NCBI GenBank assembly: GCA_964605525.1
Contig: CAZSCV010000001.1
Span: 172,645 to 236,644, forward strand
DNA from: an uncultured Bdellovibrionales bacterium
Lineage (GTDB): Bacteria; Patescibacteriota; Minisyncoccia; Moranbacterales; UBA9337
Direction of reading: 5' to 3'
DNA length: 64,000 nt
Part shown: positions 46,897 through 57,614 of the stretch, piece by piece
Position numbering within the stretch: position 1 is the first letter of the stretch
Layout of the letters: every line of letters begins with the position of its first letter
Notes under the pieces: model-generated
The model's database searches: none
The model's input: only the letters and a program-made list of their open reading frames with translations
What the model was told of the DNA's origin: nothing
Translations under genes and position numbers: made by a program

Positions 46897-48042
46897 ATGA
46901 ATCTTTTTCGACGGGGAAAAGCCAGGATAAAAAAAATTCAAACAAAAAGCGGGGAATTGGAAGCCCCGTTTTTTATGCCGGATGCAACGCGCGGGTTTGT
47001 CAAATCTCTCAGTGGAAAAGATTTGGAAGAAGCGGGAGTTGTTCCGATGGTGGTTAATACGTACCATCTTTTTTTGCGTCCGGAAATGGATTTGATCAAG
47101 AGAAGCGGCGGTATCCATAAATTTATGAATTGGAATGGACCTTTGCTTTCGGATTCTGGCGGATATCAAGTTTTTTCCTTGATTCACAAAAATCCGAAGA
47201 TGGGGAAAATTACGGATGATGGAGCGGAATTCCGGTCGCCTCTCAGTGGGAAAAAACATTATATTACTCCGGAAAAAGCGATTCAGATTCAGTTTGATTT
47301 GGGAGTGGATATGATGGTTTGTCTGGATGATCCGCCCCCGAACAGTTATACGAAAGAAAAAATTGAAGCGGCTGTCGAGCGGACTTTGGCTTGGGCAAGA
47401 AGGTGTATGATAGAGTACAAAAAACAAATCAAAGAAAGAAAAATTGAAAAAGAAAACAGGCCTTTGATTTTTTGCGTTATTCAAGGTGGTGAATATTTGG
47501 ATTTGAGGAAAAAATGCGTTGAGGAATTGATTGAAATCGGGCTTTCCGAAGAAGGCGGACCGGCTATGCGATGGGATGGATATGGATTTGGTGCGCGACA
47601 TGTTGATAGTGAGGGCAATTTTTTGGCGGAAGTTTTGGAATATACAGCCGATCTTATTCCCGAAAATTCATTGCGGTTTGCCTTGGGAATTGGAACGCCA
47701 GAGGATATTGTTCGTTCGGTACAATTTGGCTGGGATATGTTTGACTGCGTAATTCCAACTAGAGAGGCGCGTCACGGAAGAATATTTTTGTGGAAAAGCA
47801 ATGACTTGAATGGAGATTTTTACGAAACGATCAATATTTCAAACTCCAAATTTAAAGATGATTTTAATCCAATAGAGAAAGAATGTGATTGCCAATTGTG
47901 CAAAAACCATTCGCGAGCTTATTTGCACCATGTTTTCCGATCAGGCGATCCGCTGGCAATGCGCCTAATTTCAATGCATAATTTGAAATTTTACACAAAA
48001 CTTATGGAAAGAATTAAAAATAATTTGAAAATATCCGGATAA
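46897..48042 (+). CDS. tgt: queuine tRNA-ribosyltransferase
   Basis: FMPDATRG, LLSDSGGYQVFSL, LGIGTPEDIV, CDCQLC...H zinc site. Confidence 0.9.
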   Translation: MNLFRRGKARIKKIQTKSGELEAPFFMPDATRGFVKSLSGKDLEEAGVVPMVVNTYHLFLRPEMDLIKRSGGIHKFMNWNGPLLSDSGGYQVFSLIHKNPKMGKITDDGAEFRSPLSGKKHYITPEKAIQIQFDLGVDMMVCLDDPPPNSYTKEKIEAAVERTLAWARRCMIEYKKQIKERKIEKENRPLIFCVIQGGEYLDLRKKCVEELIEIGLSEEGGPAMRWDGYGFGARHVDSEGNFLAEVLEYTADLIPENSLRFALGIGTPEDIVRSVQFGWDMFDCVIPTREARHGRIFLWKSNDLNGDFYETINISNSKFKDDFNPIEKECDCQLCKNHSRAYLHHVFRSGDPLAMRLISMHNLKFYTKLMERIKNNLKISG

Positions 48043-48066
48043 AATACGTTCATTTCAACCAGGCTA

Positions 48067-48095
48067 TTGACAAATAAATACTGATTGTGTAGGAT
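48067..48095 (+). promoter_or_regulatory. candidate sigma70-like promoter for the infA-ribosomal operon
   Basis: TTGACA (48067..48072), 17-nt spacer, TAGGAT (48090..48095). Confidence 0.3.
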
Positions 48096-48211
48096 GGGTG
48101 TACGTCCGTTAATAGAAAATTTAATAGAAGGTTTCAAATAGAGGCATTATTTTGAGCTTCAGGAATTAGGAATGTTTAGCCTATGAGTAGCTCCTCTATT
48201 TTTGTGTTGTT

Positions 48212-48424
48212 ATGAGTAAAGAATTAATAAAACTCGAAGGGATTGTTCTGGAAACTTTGCCAAGCACTACTTTCAAGGTGAAATTGGACAATGGCCATGA
48301 AGTTTTAGCTCATATTTCAGGACGTATGAGAGTTAATTATATCCGCTTGCTTCCAGGAGATAAAGTTTTACTGGAAATGAGCCCGTATGATTTGACTCGA
48401 GGAAGAATAACACAGCGTTTATAA
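48212..48424 (+). CDS. infA: translation initiation factor IF-1
   Basis: Full-length S1-like IF-1: [33 protein letters not shown]. Confidence 0.95.
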   Translation: MSKELIKLEGIVLETLPSTTFKVKLDNGHEVLAHISGRMRVNYIRLLPGDKVLLEMSPYDLTRGRITQRL

Positions 48425-48442
48425 TTGTTTTTACGATAAAAT

Positions 48443-48556
48443 ATGAAAGTTCGAGCATCAGTAAAAAAAATATGTGCCAAGTGTAAAATCGTTAAGCGTA
48501 GAGGAAAGCTTTATGTTATTTGCGATGTTCCAAAGCACAAACAAAGACAAGGATAG
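48443..48556 (+). CDS. rpmJ: 50S ribosomal protein L36
   Basis: [37 protein letters not shown]; below the ORF-track size cutoff. Confidence 0.9.
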   Translation: MKVRASVKKICAKCKIVKRRGKLYVICDVPKHKQRQG

Positions 48557-48563
48557 TAAAGAT

Positions 48564-48591
48564 AATTTCTAATTTCTAATTTCTAATTTCT
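48564..48591. repeat. tandem repeat (aatttct)x4
   Basis: Direct reading of the sequence. Confidence 0.6.
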
Positions 48592-48665
48592 AAACGATGA
48601 GTGGGAAATAAGCAATGTTTGTTTGAAAATTACGAATTAAAAATTGAAAAATTTTAATAATATAT

Positions 48666-49106
48666 ATGGCAGAGGAAATTAAAAAAACTGAAAATGTGCA
48701 AACAGAAGCAACTGGCGCGGCTGAAATATCCGGGAAAAAGATCAAGAAAGGGAAGCGTCAAGTTTCCAAGGGAAGAGCGAATGTGCGATGCACTTATAAT
48801 AACACTATCATTACAGTTTCTGATATCAACGGAGCCTCTTTGGGCTGGTCCAGTTCCGGGTTGTTAGGATTTAAGGGTGCAAAAAAATCGACCCCGTATG
48901 CAGCTACTCAAGTGGCGGCTGACGTTGCCGAAAAGGTGAAAAAGTATGGAGTGCGCGAATTGGCGGTTTTCGTAAACGGAGTTGGCGGCGGAAGAGAAGC
49001 TTCTATTCGCGGATTGGCAAATAATGGATTTGAAATTACTCAGATAAAAGATACTACCCCGATTCCTCACAATGGATGCCGGGCAAAGAAGCCAAGAAGA
49101 GTTTAA
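48666..49106 (+). CDS. rpsK: 30S ribosomal protein S11
   Basis: CTYNNTIITVSD...PIPHNGCRAKKPRRV. Confidence 0.95.
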   Translation: MAEEIKKTENVQTEATGAAEISGKKIKKGKRQVSKGRANVRCTYNNTIITVSDINGASLGWSSSGLLGFKGAKKSTPYAATQVAADVAEKVKKYGVRELAVFVNGVGGGREASIRGLANNGFEITQIKDTTPIPHNGCRAKKPRRV

Positions 49107-49127
49107 TGAATATAACGTAAAATAATT

Positions 49128-49517
49128 ATGGCAAGAATAGCTGGAATTAATATTCCCGATGATAAAAGAATAGAAATTTCCCTTACATATATTTTCGGAG
49201 TGGGACGCTCAACCAGCGTTAAGATTTTGAATTCTCTGGAAATCAATAAGGATACAAGAACAAAGGATTTAACCCCCGAGGAAGTGAATAATCTGAAAGA
49301 AGAAATTGAAAAGAAATACCGCGTAGAAGGAGAATTGAAACATCAGGTTAAAATGAATATTAAAAGACTTAAGGAGATTGGATGTTATCGAGGTCTTAGG
49401 CATCAAAAAGGATTACCATCCCGCGGACAGCGAACCAAGACCAATACTAGAACAGTAAGAGGAAATACCCGTCGAACGATGGGAAGCGGAAGAAAGTCTA
49501 CATCGGAGAAAACCTAA
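49128..49517 (+). CDS. rpsM: 30S ribosomal protein S13
   Basis: [26 protein letters not shown]...[22 protein letters not shown]. Confidence 0.95.
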   Translation: MARIAGINIPDDKRIEISLTYIFGVGRSTSVKILNSLEINKDTRTKDLTPEEVNNLKEEIEKKYRVEGELKHQVKMNIKRLKEIGCYRGLRHQKGLPSRGQRTKTNTRTVRGNTRRTMGSGRKSTSEKT

Positions 49518-49610
49518 TGAAATGTTAAGATCGCTCCAAAGTTGCAATCGTTAAAAAAATACGGTTAAAATAGATTGAGCGATTATAACGAAATATAACG
49601 TAAAATAATT

Positions 49611-50243
49611 ATGGCTAGAGATACAAACGCAAGTTGTCGAAAATGTCGTAGAGCAGGAGAAAAGCTTTTTCTTAAAGGTGATCGTTGCGCCGGTTTGAAA
49701 TGCGCAATTGTAAGAAAAAATTATGCTCCCGGAGTGCATGGAAAGAAATTTTCTCGAGGACAAAGTGAATATGGAAAACAACTGGCAATGAAGCAGAAAA
49801 TCAAGAGAATTTACGGCGTTTTGGAAAGGCAATTCAGAAAGCATTTCAAGGAATCGGACAAGCGCCAAGGAATTACCGGAGATCTTTTGATGGCTCGTTT
49901 GGAATTGCGTTTGGATAACGTTGTTTATCGAATGGGATTCGGAAGTTCACGAAAGCAATCCCGGCAGTTGGTAAATCACGGACTGTTTAATGTAAATGGA
50001 AAAAAGGTTGATATTTCATCATTTAAGGTGGATATCGATGATGTGATTTCCATCCGCGATTCAAAGAAAGAAAATGAATATTTCAAAAAACAGTCGGAAA
50101 TTTTGAAAAATAAGAAAGATTTTCCTTCCTGGATTTCATTTGATGAAGCGAAGATGGAAGGAAAAATAGTTGCTATGCCGAAACGGGATGAAATTGAAAT
50201 AGGTGTTGATCCCCAAATGGTAGTTGAATATTATTCCCGATAG
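49611..50243 (+). CDS. rpsD: 30S ribosomal protein S4
   Basis: Cys-rich N-terminus CRKCRRAGEKLFLKGDRC; S4 domain. Confidence 0.95.
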   Translation: MARDTNASCRKCRRAGEKLFLKGDRCAGLKCAIVRKNYAPGVHGKKFSRGQSEYGKQLAMKQKIKRIYGVLERQFRKHFKESDKRQGITGDLLMARLELRLDNVVYRMGFGSSRKQSRQLVNHGLFNVNGKKVDISSFKVDIDDVISIRDSKKENEYFKKQSEILKNKKDFPSWISFDEAKMEGKIVAMPKRDEIEIGVDPQMVVEYYSR

Positions 50244-50366
50244 AAACTGGCAGGAGAGGTTAATTGTATCTGATTCAAGAATTAGGAGCGTCCAGATATT
50301 AATTATAAATAATTTAAATTGATGTTTCGGCAATTGATATGCCGGACAATCAATAAAACATAAGAA

Positions 50367-51338
50367 ATGCAAACAATATCTATCCCAAAAAAACCTAAAT
50401 ATGTTCACACAGGTGATAATAGCGGAAAATTCGTTATCGAAGGATGCTATCCCGGATATGGAACAACTCTCGGCAATTCATTGCGAAGAGTGCTTCTTTC
50501 CTCTTTGGATGGAGCGGCTGCCACATCGTTGAAAATAAAAGGCGTTTCCCATGAATTTTCGACTATCGACGGAGTGATGGAAGATGTTGTACAAATTATT
50601 CTTAATTTAAAATTGGTTCGATTTAAAATGTTTTCTGATGAACCGGTGAAAGTTTCCGTGAAACATAAGGGAGAAGGAGAAGTAACTGCTAAGATGATAA
50701 AGTGTTCTTCTAATGTTGAAGTTATCAATGGTGATCAAATATTGGCAAACCTTACATCTAAAGATGCTGAATTGGATATGGAAATTGAGGTTGGCAAAGG
50801 TATTGGTTATGTTCCAGTAGAGCAAACAGAAAAAGATGAAAAAGAAATAGGCGTGATTACTCTCGATGCGATTTATACTCCGATAAAAAGAGTGAATTAT
50901 GAAGTTGAAAATATGCGCGTAGGAAAGAGAACTGATTTCGATAAGATTACATTGGAAATTATTACCGATGGAAGTTTGACTCCGGAAGAAGCTTTTCTTA
51001 AGGCGAATAAAATTTTGATGGAACAATTTGCCGCACTTTCCGAAATAGGCATAGGAGATGATATTGAGAAAGTAGAGAAGATTGCAGAGGTGGAAATTGT
51101 CGCAGAAGAGGAAAAAGAAGAAGTGGAAGATCCGAAAAAAATCAAGATTGAAGATTTGAAAAATATATCAACCAGAACTCTTAATGTTTTGCAACAGAAT
51201 AAAATTTCAAAAGTAAGTGATATTTTGAAATTTACCGAAGATGATTTCAAGGAATTGGAAGGAATGGGAGAAAAGGGTGTAAAAGAAGTAAAGAAGGTTA
51301 TCGGAGGTTATGGGTTGACATTGAGACATAAAAAATAG
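50367..51338 (+). CDS. rpoA: DNA-directed RNA polymerase subunit alpha
   Basis: GYGTTLGNSLRRVLLSSL...; C-terminal alpha-CTD. Confidence 0.95.
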   Translation: MQTISIPKKPKYVHTGDNSGKFVIEGCYPGYGTTLGNSLRRVLLSSLDGAAATSLKIKGVSHEFSTIDGVMEDVVQIILNLKLVRFKMFSDEPVKVSVKHKGEGEVTAKMIKCSSNVEVINGDQILANLTSKDAELDMEIEVGKGIGYVPVEQTEKDEKEIGVITLDAIYTPIKRVNYEVENMRVGKRTDFDKITLEIITDGSLTPEEAFLKANKILMEQFAALSEIGIGDDIEKVEKIAEVEIVAEEEKEEVEDPKKIKIEDLKNISTRTLNVLQQNKISKVSDILKFTEDDFKELEGMGEKGVKEVKKVIGGYGLTLRHKK

Positions 51339-51427
51339 CGGTGTAAATTGCGAATCAACTCTGATTTAATCCCGAATTATCACAGATATTAGTGAAAAAT
51401 TCGAGTAAATTAGGGATTTATATAATC

Positions 51428-51793
51428 ATGAAACATAAGAAAGCTGGAAGAAAATTTGGTCGGGTAAGAAGTCAAAGACGGGCGTTGCTCCGAACGATTC
51501 TTGGAAGTTTGGTAATGAATGAAAAAATTACAACTACCGAGGCGAAAGCAAAAGAAATAAAATCCCTTATCGATCCGATTATCAATAAGGCAAAAGTTGC
51601 AAAAAAAGATTCAATCAAAAAAGTTGCAATTTTACGGGATTTGAGGATTGTAATTCCTGTTATGGCAGTTCGAAAATTATCCGGAAGTTTTTGCCAGAAA
51701 TTTGAAGCAAGGAATAGTGGCTATACCAGAGTTGTAAAGTTGCAACCCAGAAAAAGCGATAGCGCCAAGATGGCAGTAATTGAATTTGTGTAA
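51428..51793 (+). CDS. rplQ: 50S ribosomal protein L17
   Basis: MKHKKAGRKFGRVRSQRRALLR; internal ATG chosen. Confidence 0.9.
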   Translation: MKHKKAGRKFGRVRSQRRALLRTILGSLVMNEKITTTEAKAKEIKSLIDPIINKAKVAKKDSIKKVAILRDLRIVIPVMAVRKLSGSFCQKFEARNSGYTRVVKLQPRKSDSAKMAVIEFV

Positions 51794-51806
51794 TTGAAAA
51801 AAATTT

Positions 51807-52196
51807 ATGGAAAGGAAATATCATTTGTTTAATGCAAGCGGGAAAGTGTTGGGAAGATTGGCTACTGAAATCGCCCTTGTTTTGAGCGGTAAGAATAAAG
51901 TTGATTTTACGCCAAATGTTGATGGCGGAGATTTTGTTGTGGTGATAAATTCAGATAAGGTTTTGGTTACCGGAAATAAACCGGAAGGGAAAGTTTATCA
52001 TCATTTCAGCGGTTATCCTGGTGGAATCACTTCCATAAATTTCAAAGATCAATTGAAAAAGGATTCTACTAAATTGATAAATTCTGCTGTTCATGGAATG
52101 CTTTCAAAAAATAAATTGCGCGCTAAAAGGTTGAAGCGTCTTTTTGTATATAAAAATGACCAACACGGACACAAGATAGAGATTGAGCATAAATAA
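51807..52196 (+). CDS. rplM: 50S ribosomal protein L13
   Basis: LGRLATEIALVLSGKNK...HHFSGYPGG. Confidence 0.95.
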   Translation: MERKYHLFNASGKVLGRLATEIALVLSGKNKVDFTPNVDGGDFVVVINSDKVLVTGNKPEGKVYHHFSGYPGGITSINFKDQLKKDSTKLINSAVHGMLSKNKLRAKRLKRLFVYKNDQHGHKIEIEHK

Positions 52197-52225
52197 ATAA
52201 AATATTTAGACTTAAGATATAAAAT

Positions 52226-52705
52226 ATGGCTATTAAGGAACAAGAAATAGAAGAAAAAGCAACAATTGAGAAGGTTGCGAAAGAAAAAAAAGTTGACGCG
52301 AAAGCGGACAAATATTTTTATGCTGTCGGAAGAAGAAAGGCGGCTGTTGCTCAAGTGAGAATATATATGAAAGACAAGGCCGGAGACAGTGATTTGATTG
52401 TGAATGAAAAGAAAATGAGAGATTACTTTGCGCTGGCTTCTTTGCAGAATATTTTTCTTGCTCCACTTAAGTCTTCCGGTTTTCAGAATAAGGTGAAAAT
52501 TTCAGTTTTAGTTAAAGGTGGAGGAAATAACAGCCAAGCGGAAGCTACCCGATTGGGAATTGCCAGGGCTTTGGTTGTTTTTGATGAAGATTTGAAAAAA
52601 ACTCTCAAGGCGGAAGGATTTTTAACCAGAGATTCAAGAAAGGTGGAAAGAAAGAAGCCGGGACTCAAAAAAGCCAGACGTTCTCCGCAGTGGGCGAAGC
52701 GCTAA
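52226..52705 (+). CDS. rpsI: 30S ribosomal protein S9
   Basis: YAVGRRKAAVAQVRI...GGGNNSQAEATRLGIARAL...ARRSPQWAKR. Confidence 0.95.
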   Translation: MAIKEQEIEEKATIEKVAKEKKVDAKADKYFYAVGRRKAAVAQVRIYMKDKAGDSDLIVNEKKMRDYFALASLQNIFLAPLKSSGFQNKVKISVLVKGGGNNSQAEATRLGIARALVVFDEDLKKTLKAEGFLTRDSRKVERKKPGLKKARRSPQWAKR

Positions 52706-52729
52706 AAAACATATCTTATATATTTTCAA

Positions 52730-52764
52730 AATTCCCCGATGCAAATCGGGGAATTTTTTTATTG
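52730..52764 (+). terminator. Rho-independent terminator after rpsI
   Basis: aattccccgat-gcaa-atcggggaatt followed by ttttttatt. Confidence 0.7.
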
Positions 52765-52914
52765 CAAAGGTTGTGGATAAGTTTATTTGGCGGAAGAGGA
52801 AATAAATGATATGATATCATTATTAAGAGTGTGGATTGTTTATTTTTAATTCAGATAAAAAAAACAGAAAAGATTTCTCAACAAAAATAAAATAATGTGG
52901 TAATATAATCGTAT

Positions 52915-55389
52915 ATGGGAAGACGTAAAAAAAACTCGGATAACGAGCCAAAAATAGAAAGCGAAAATGAAAAGATGCATTTTAATATCCATTCGGATGC
53001 CAAGCGAAGCGTGGCGGCTGTTTTTTTGTTTTCTCTGGCAATTCTTTTTGTTTTTGGATTTTTTGATGGCGCCGGAGTTCTGGGAAATTATTTGGATAAG
53101 ATCGGCGGTTCAATATTCGGCTGGGGAAAATGGTTATTTCCTTTTGTGCTGTCAGTTGCGGGAGTGGTTTTGCTTTTGCGAAAAAAAACCAGTTATTATG
53201 TTACCAAACTTGTCGGATTAGCCCTGGCTTTTTTTAGCGTTCTGGGTTTTTTCCATATTTTTTTTGATGCGGAAAAATTTTCCAAGATTGCCAAAGCCGG
53301 AGAAGGCGGAGGATATATCGGAATGGCGGTTGCCTATGTTCTTATTAAATTTACAGGAGAAGCGGCCGGGGTAGTGATTTTGTCGGCGGTTTTTTTGATG
53401 GGAATTATCATCGCTTTTAATTTTTCTTTAATGAGTTTGTGGAAAAAATTATTTTCTTCTCCGGAAAATAAAGAAGAATCGGTGCAGAAAGAGGATGCTT
53501 TGCTTGCTAAAGAGGATGTTGCCAAAAAAATTGACGAAGAAATAAAAGAGAAAGATGTAATTGAAAGTAAACCCGAGGTCGGAGAAAAGCAAGAGGATAT
53601 CGGAAATAATATTAAAAAAATCGAATTTGTGGAAAATTCTGAAGAAGATGCAAAAAACGATATTGAAAATGGAAAGGGAAAATTGGATAAAAAGAAGCTT
53701 AACGCGGGGATTGCATATTCAAGATTGGAAAAAGATAATGTAAAAAAGGGATTTTCCGCGCATGCCATTGGAAATAACTGGCAACTTCCTCCGCTTGGAA
53801 TTCTGGAGGTTTCCACGGGAAAGGCGCAAGGGGGAGATACTGAAAAGAAATCTGAAATAATAAAAAGAACTTTCAGTTATTTTGGAATTGAAGTTGAGGA
53901 AGGCGATATTCTTGTCGGTCCAACCGTGACGCAATACAGTTTCCGCCCGGCAGTTGGAGTAAAATTGAGCCGGATAACTTCTTTGGGAGCTGATTTGTCA
54001 TTGGCTTTGGCGGCGCACCCTATTCGAATTGAAGCTCCTATTCCTGGAAAATCCCTGATTGGAATTGAAGTGCCGAATAAAACGGTAGCGTCGGTGCGTA
54101 TGCGCGATGCCTTGGAAGATGTTTTATTTCGGGATTCAAGTTCGACCATGAACCTTATTCTGGGAAAAAATGTCGGAGGAAAATTTGTTTTTAAGGATTT
54201 GAGAAAAATGCCTCATTTGCTTGTCGCTGGGGCAACAGGAACAGGAAAAAGCGTTTGCATAAATTCTATCTTGATGTCATTGCTCTATCAAAATACGCCG
54301 GATGATTTGAGGTTGGTCCTGGTTGATCCTAAGCGAGTGGAACTTTCTTTGTATAACGGAATTCCTCATTTGCTTTCGGATGTTATTGTGGAAAATAGCA
54401 AGGTTATTAATGTGTTGAAATGGGCGTTGGGAGAAATGGAACAGCGTTATCGGCTTTTGCAGGATACCGGATCGCGCGATTTGGATTCTTACCACTTGAA
54501 ACTTGCCGGAGGAAAAAAGAGAAAATTTATTGATCCTGATACGGGCAACGAAGTGGAAGAGGATTTGAAAAAACTTCCATACATTGTCATTATTATTGAC
54601 GAACTGGCTGATTTGATGGCGGTTCATGGCAAGGAAGTTGAGGGAGCGATTATTCGTTTGGCGCAAATGGCGCGAGCAATCGGTATTCATTTGATTGTTT
54701 CAACTCAGCGTCCAAGCGTAGAAGTTTTAACCGGATTGATAAAAGCAAATATTACTACCCGTATCGCTTTGCAGGTGGCAACGCAAATTGATTCTCGAAC
54801 AATTTTGGATATGGCCGGGGCGGAAAAATTATTAGGAAGAGGGGATATGTTATTTTTATCTTCTGATTCAGCAAAACCGGTAAGAGTCCAAGGGGTTTTA
54901 ATTGAGGAAGAAGAAGTTCGAAAAGTGGTTAAATTTTGGAAAAGACAAAAAGATAATCTTGTCAATGAGGATGATGAGCCTGAACTCGAACTGGATCTTG
55001 GAAAGGCTAGTTTGGAAAATGGAGGATCTTTGGGAAAAGGAATATCTTCGCATCAAGAGATTGATTTTAGCGCATCGCCAATGGAATCTTTCGATCAGAG
55101 TGATGATTTGTACGAAGAAGCAAAAAGAATCGTAGTTGAATCTAAGCGCGCATCTTCATCTTTATTGCAAAGGAGATTGAGAGTGGGCTATACTAGAGCG
55201 GCTCGATTGGTGGATATGCTAGAAGAAAATGGTGTGGTTGGACCTGCCAATGGTTCGAAGCCGCGAGAAATATTGACTGCGGGCAGTTCAATTTCTATTG
55301 GCGAGGTTGAATCTTTTGATTCAGAAGAAAATGAAAATAATAATAGAAATGATAAGGAAGATGAAATAACTGATAAGTGGCAGATATAG
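52915..55389 (+). CDS. ftsK: DNA translocase FtsK
   Basis: N-terminal 4TM; Walker A GATGTGKS; Walker B IIIDELAD; C-terminal gamma wHTH domain. Confidence 0.9.
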   Translation: MGRRKKNSDNEPKIESENEKMHFNIHSDAKRSVAAVFLFSLAILFVFGFFDGAGVLGNYLDKIGGSIFGWGKWLFPFVLSVAGVVLLLRKKTSYYVTKLVGLALAFFSVLGFFHIFFDAEKFSKIAKAGEGGGYIGMAVAYVLIKFTGEAAGVVILSAVFLMGIIIAFNFSLMSLWKKLFSSPENKEESVQKEDALLAKEDVAKKIDEEIKEKDVIESKPEVGEKQEDIGNNIKKIEFVENSEEDAKNDIENGKGKLDKKKLNAGIAYSRLEKDNVKKGFSAHAIGNNWQLPPLGILEVSTGKAQGGDTEKKSEIIKRTFSYFGIEVEEGDILVGPTVTQYSFRPAVGVKLSRITSLGADLSLALAAHPIRIEAPIPGKSLIGIEVPNKTVASVRMRDALEDVLFRDSSSTMNLILGKNVGGKFVFKDLRKMPHLLVAGATGTGKSVCINSILMSLLYQNTPDDLRLVLVDPKRVELSLYNGIPHLLSDVIVENSKVINVLKWALGEMEQRYRLLQDTGSRDLDSYHLKLAGGKKRKFIDPDTGNEVEEDLKKLPYIVIIIDELADLMAVHGKEVEGAIIRLAQMARAIGIHLIVSTQRPSVEVLTGLIKANITTRIALQVATQIDSRTILDMAGAEKLLGRGDMLFLSSDSAKPVRVQGVLIEEEEVRKVVKFWKRQKDNLVNEDDEPELELDLGKASLENGGSLGKGISSHQEIDFSASPMESFDQSDDLYEEAKRIVVESKRASSSLLQRRLRVGYTRAARLVDMLEENGVVGPANGSKPREILTAGSSISIGEVESFDSEENENNNRNDKEDEITDKWQI

Positions 55390-55462
55390 ATTAAAAATAA
55401 ATTAATTCGCGATATTATAAAAAAGGCTGATTATGAATGGTTTTACGAGGAAAAAAGTGATG

Positions 55463-56479
55463 TCTCTTACTCTCGGGGAAAGACTTGGACAAATTAGGGC
55501 GGAAAGAAGAATGAGTTTAGGCGAGGTTTCGCGAGGTACTCGCATTCAAGCGAAATATCTTCAGTATTTGGAAAATGGCGAGTATGACAAGTTGCCGGCC
55601 CAGGTGTATGTGAAGGGATTTTTGAGAAGTTATGCAAACTTCATGGGAATAAACGAAAACCCGCTTATTAAATCTTACGAGAGAGAAAGAGGTATCCAAA
55701 ATAATATTAAAAGAGAAAGAGAAAATAATGGAAGCGAAAAAGATGGAAAACCTTTTTCAATTTCTACTTTTGCTATTACACCTAAGATAATTACATTGGC
55801 AGTCATTATTATTTTAGTATCAGGCGCTTTCTTTTATCTGTATAAGGAATTGGACAGTTTCATATCAACTCCCAGGTTAATTGTTAGTAGTCCGTTGGAT
55901 AATGAAACAGTTGAAGGGAGTCAGATATATATTGCCGGAAAAAGCGAGAAAGACGGAAGAGTTTTCATTAATGAACAGCCGGTAGTAGTAAATGATGAAG
56001 GAGAATTTAAGGAAGGTATCGGTTTGCAAAATGGTTTAAATATTGTGACGATTCGGGCAGTTAATCGATTTGACAAAGAAACCATAAAAACTTTATCAAT
56101 TTATTCCAATTATGATAATCCTGATATTATTATCCAAGATGAAAGAGGGGAAAATTCCAAGCAAGAAGCGAATGGAGAGGTAAAAATTTATGATAAAATT
56201 GATTTGGAGGTTGGATCAAAAGATGAATCCGTTTGGGTTTCGATAGAATCGGACGGAAAACTTGTTTTTACCGGAGTTCTTCAGCCGGGATCATGGCATA
56301 AAATTACAGCAAATAAAGAGGCTGTTGTCAGCTCCGGAAAAGGAAGTGAAACTTTAATAAAAATAAACGGCCAGGATAAAGGTGCTCTCAGTCAGGACGC
56401 AAGTCCGATAAAAGATGTAGTTTTCAATTTGGATGTTGTCAATAATGAACAGGGTGGCGAATTGGATTTGGAGCAATAG
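55463..56479 (+). CDS. RodZ-like HTH membrane protein
   Basis: N-terminal XRE-type HTH with [15 protein letters not shown]; single TM; C-terminal DUF4115-like beta domain. Confidence 0.6.
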   Translation, partial: SLTLGERLGQIRAERRMSLGEVSRGTRIQAKYLQYLENGEYDKLPAQVYVKGFLRSYANFMGINENPLIKSYERERGIQNNIKRERENNGSEKDGKPFSISTFAITPKIITLAVIIILVSGAFFYLYKELDSFISTPRLIVSSPLDNETVEGSQIYIAGKSEKDGRVFINEQPVVVNDEGEFKEGIGLQNGLNIVTIRAVNRFDKETIKTLSIYSNYDNPDIIIQDERGENSKQEANGEVKIYDKIDLEVGSKDESVWVSIESDGKLVFTGVLQPGSWHKITANKEAVVSSGKGSETLIKINGQDKGALSQDASPIKDVVFNLDVVNNEQGGELDLEQ

Positions 56480-56522
56480 CAATAATTATAATTTCAGCAC
56501 TAATAAGCTAACGCGCAAATTT

Positions 56523-57545
56523 ATGAAAAAAGAAGTAAAGCCGAAAAATGAAGCAGGGCAGTTAAAAAGAAATATTGAAGAGGTTGTAGATGAAATAAAG
56601 GATAAATTCGGAGAAGGGATGTTGATGAAACTGGGAGAAATCAAAAAAGTTGATGTGAGAGCTATTTCTACAGGCTCTGTTTCATTGGATATTGCATTGG
56701 GAATCGGGGGCGTGCCAAGGGGGCGGGTAATTGAAATATATGGTCCTGAATCTTCAGGAAAAACAACTTTGGCTCTTAATATCGTGGCTAATGCGCAAAA
56801 AGATGGCGGAGTAGCGGCATTTATTGATGCCGAGCATGCAATGGATCCGGAATATGCAAAAAAAATCGGAGTAAATATAAATGATTTGCTTATTTCGCAA
56901 CCTGACGCAGGAGAACAAGCCCTGGACATCGTTGAAACTTTGGTGCGTAGCAATGCCATTGATGTGATAATTGTGGACTCAGTGGCGGCTCTCGTACCTC
57001 GTGCGGAGATTGAGGGTGAGATGGGTGATCATCATGTTGGGCGCCAAGCCCGTTTGATGTCTCAAGCTTTGCGAAAACTTACGCCAATAGTTGCTAAATC
57101 AAACACGATCGTTATTTTTATCAATCAGATAAGAATGAAAATCGGAGTGATGTTTGGAAATCCGGAAACAACTACCGGAGGGCAGGCTTTGAAATTTTAT
57201 GCTTCCGTGCGAATTGAAGTGCGTCGAAGCGCTCAAATAAAAAAAGGAGAAGATGTTGTTGGAAATAGAGTAAAAGCAAAGGTGGTGAAAAACAAAGTAG
57301 CGCCTCCTTTTAAAACTACGGAGTTTGATATTATGTATAATGAGGGAATTTCAAAATCTGGAGATTTGCTTGATACTGCCGCTAAATTTGAAGTGATCAA
57401 GAAATCCGGAAATTCATATTCATTTGGAACGGAAAAATTAGGAATGGGAAGGGAAAAAGCAAAGCAGTTTCTTAATGAAAATCCAAAAATTTACAAAGAA
57501 ATATCTCTTGAGTTGTACAAGTCGATAAAAAAAATGGAAGTCTGA
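56523..57545 (+). CDS. recA: recombinase RecA
   Basis: GPESSGKTT; IDAEHA; L2 loop region; internal ATG 56523 chosen because the ORF-track start overlaps the upstream gene. Confidence 0.95.
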   Translation: MKKEVKPKNEAGQLKRNIEEVVDEIKDKFGEGMLMKLGEIKKVDVRAISTGSVSLDIALGIGGVPRGRVIEIYGPESSGKTTLALNIVANAQKDGGVAAFIDAEHAMDPEYAKKIGVNINDLLISQPDAGEQALDIVETLVRSNAIDVIIVDSVAALVPRAEIEGEMGDHHVGRQARLMSQALRKLTPIVAKSNTIVIFINQIRMKIGVMFGNPETTTGGQALKFYASVRIEVRRSAQIKKGEDVVGNRVKAKVVKNKVAPPFKTTEFDIMYNEGISKSGDLLDTAAKFEVIKKSGNSYSFGTEKLGMGREKAKQFLNENPKIYKEISLELYKSIKKMEV

Positions 57546-57614
57546 ATTTGCTTTCGGATTTTGCGGGTTTTCGTGTCATTGTTTAAAATTTAAAATAATG
57601 CATATATAGACAAT

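Noticed and set aside
46876-47601. 241-aa minus-strand ORF
   Set aside because: Antisense to tgt, which has unambiguous motifs.
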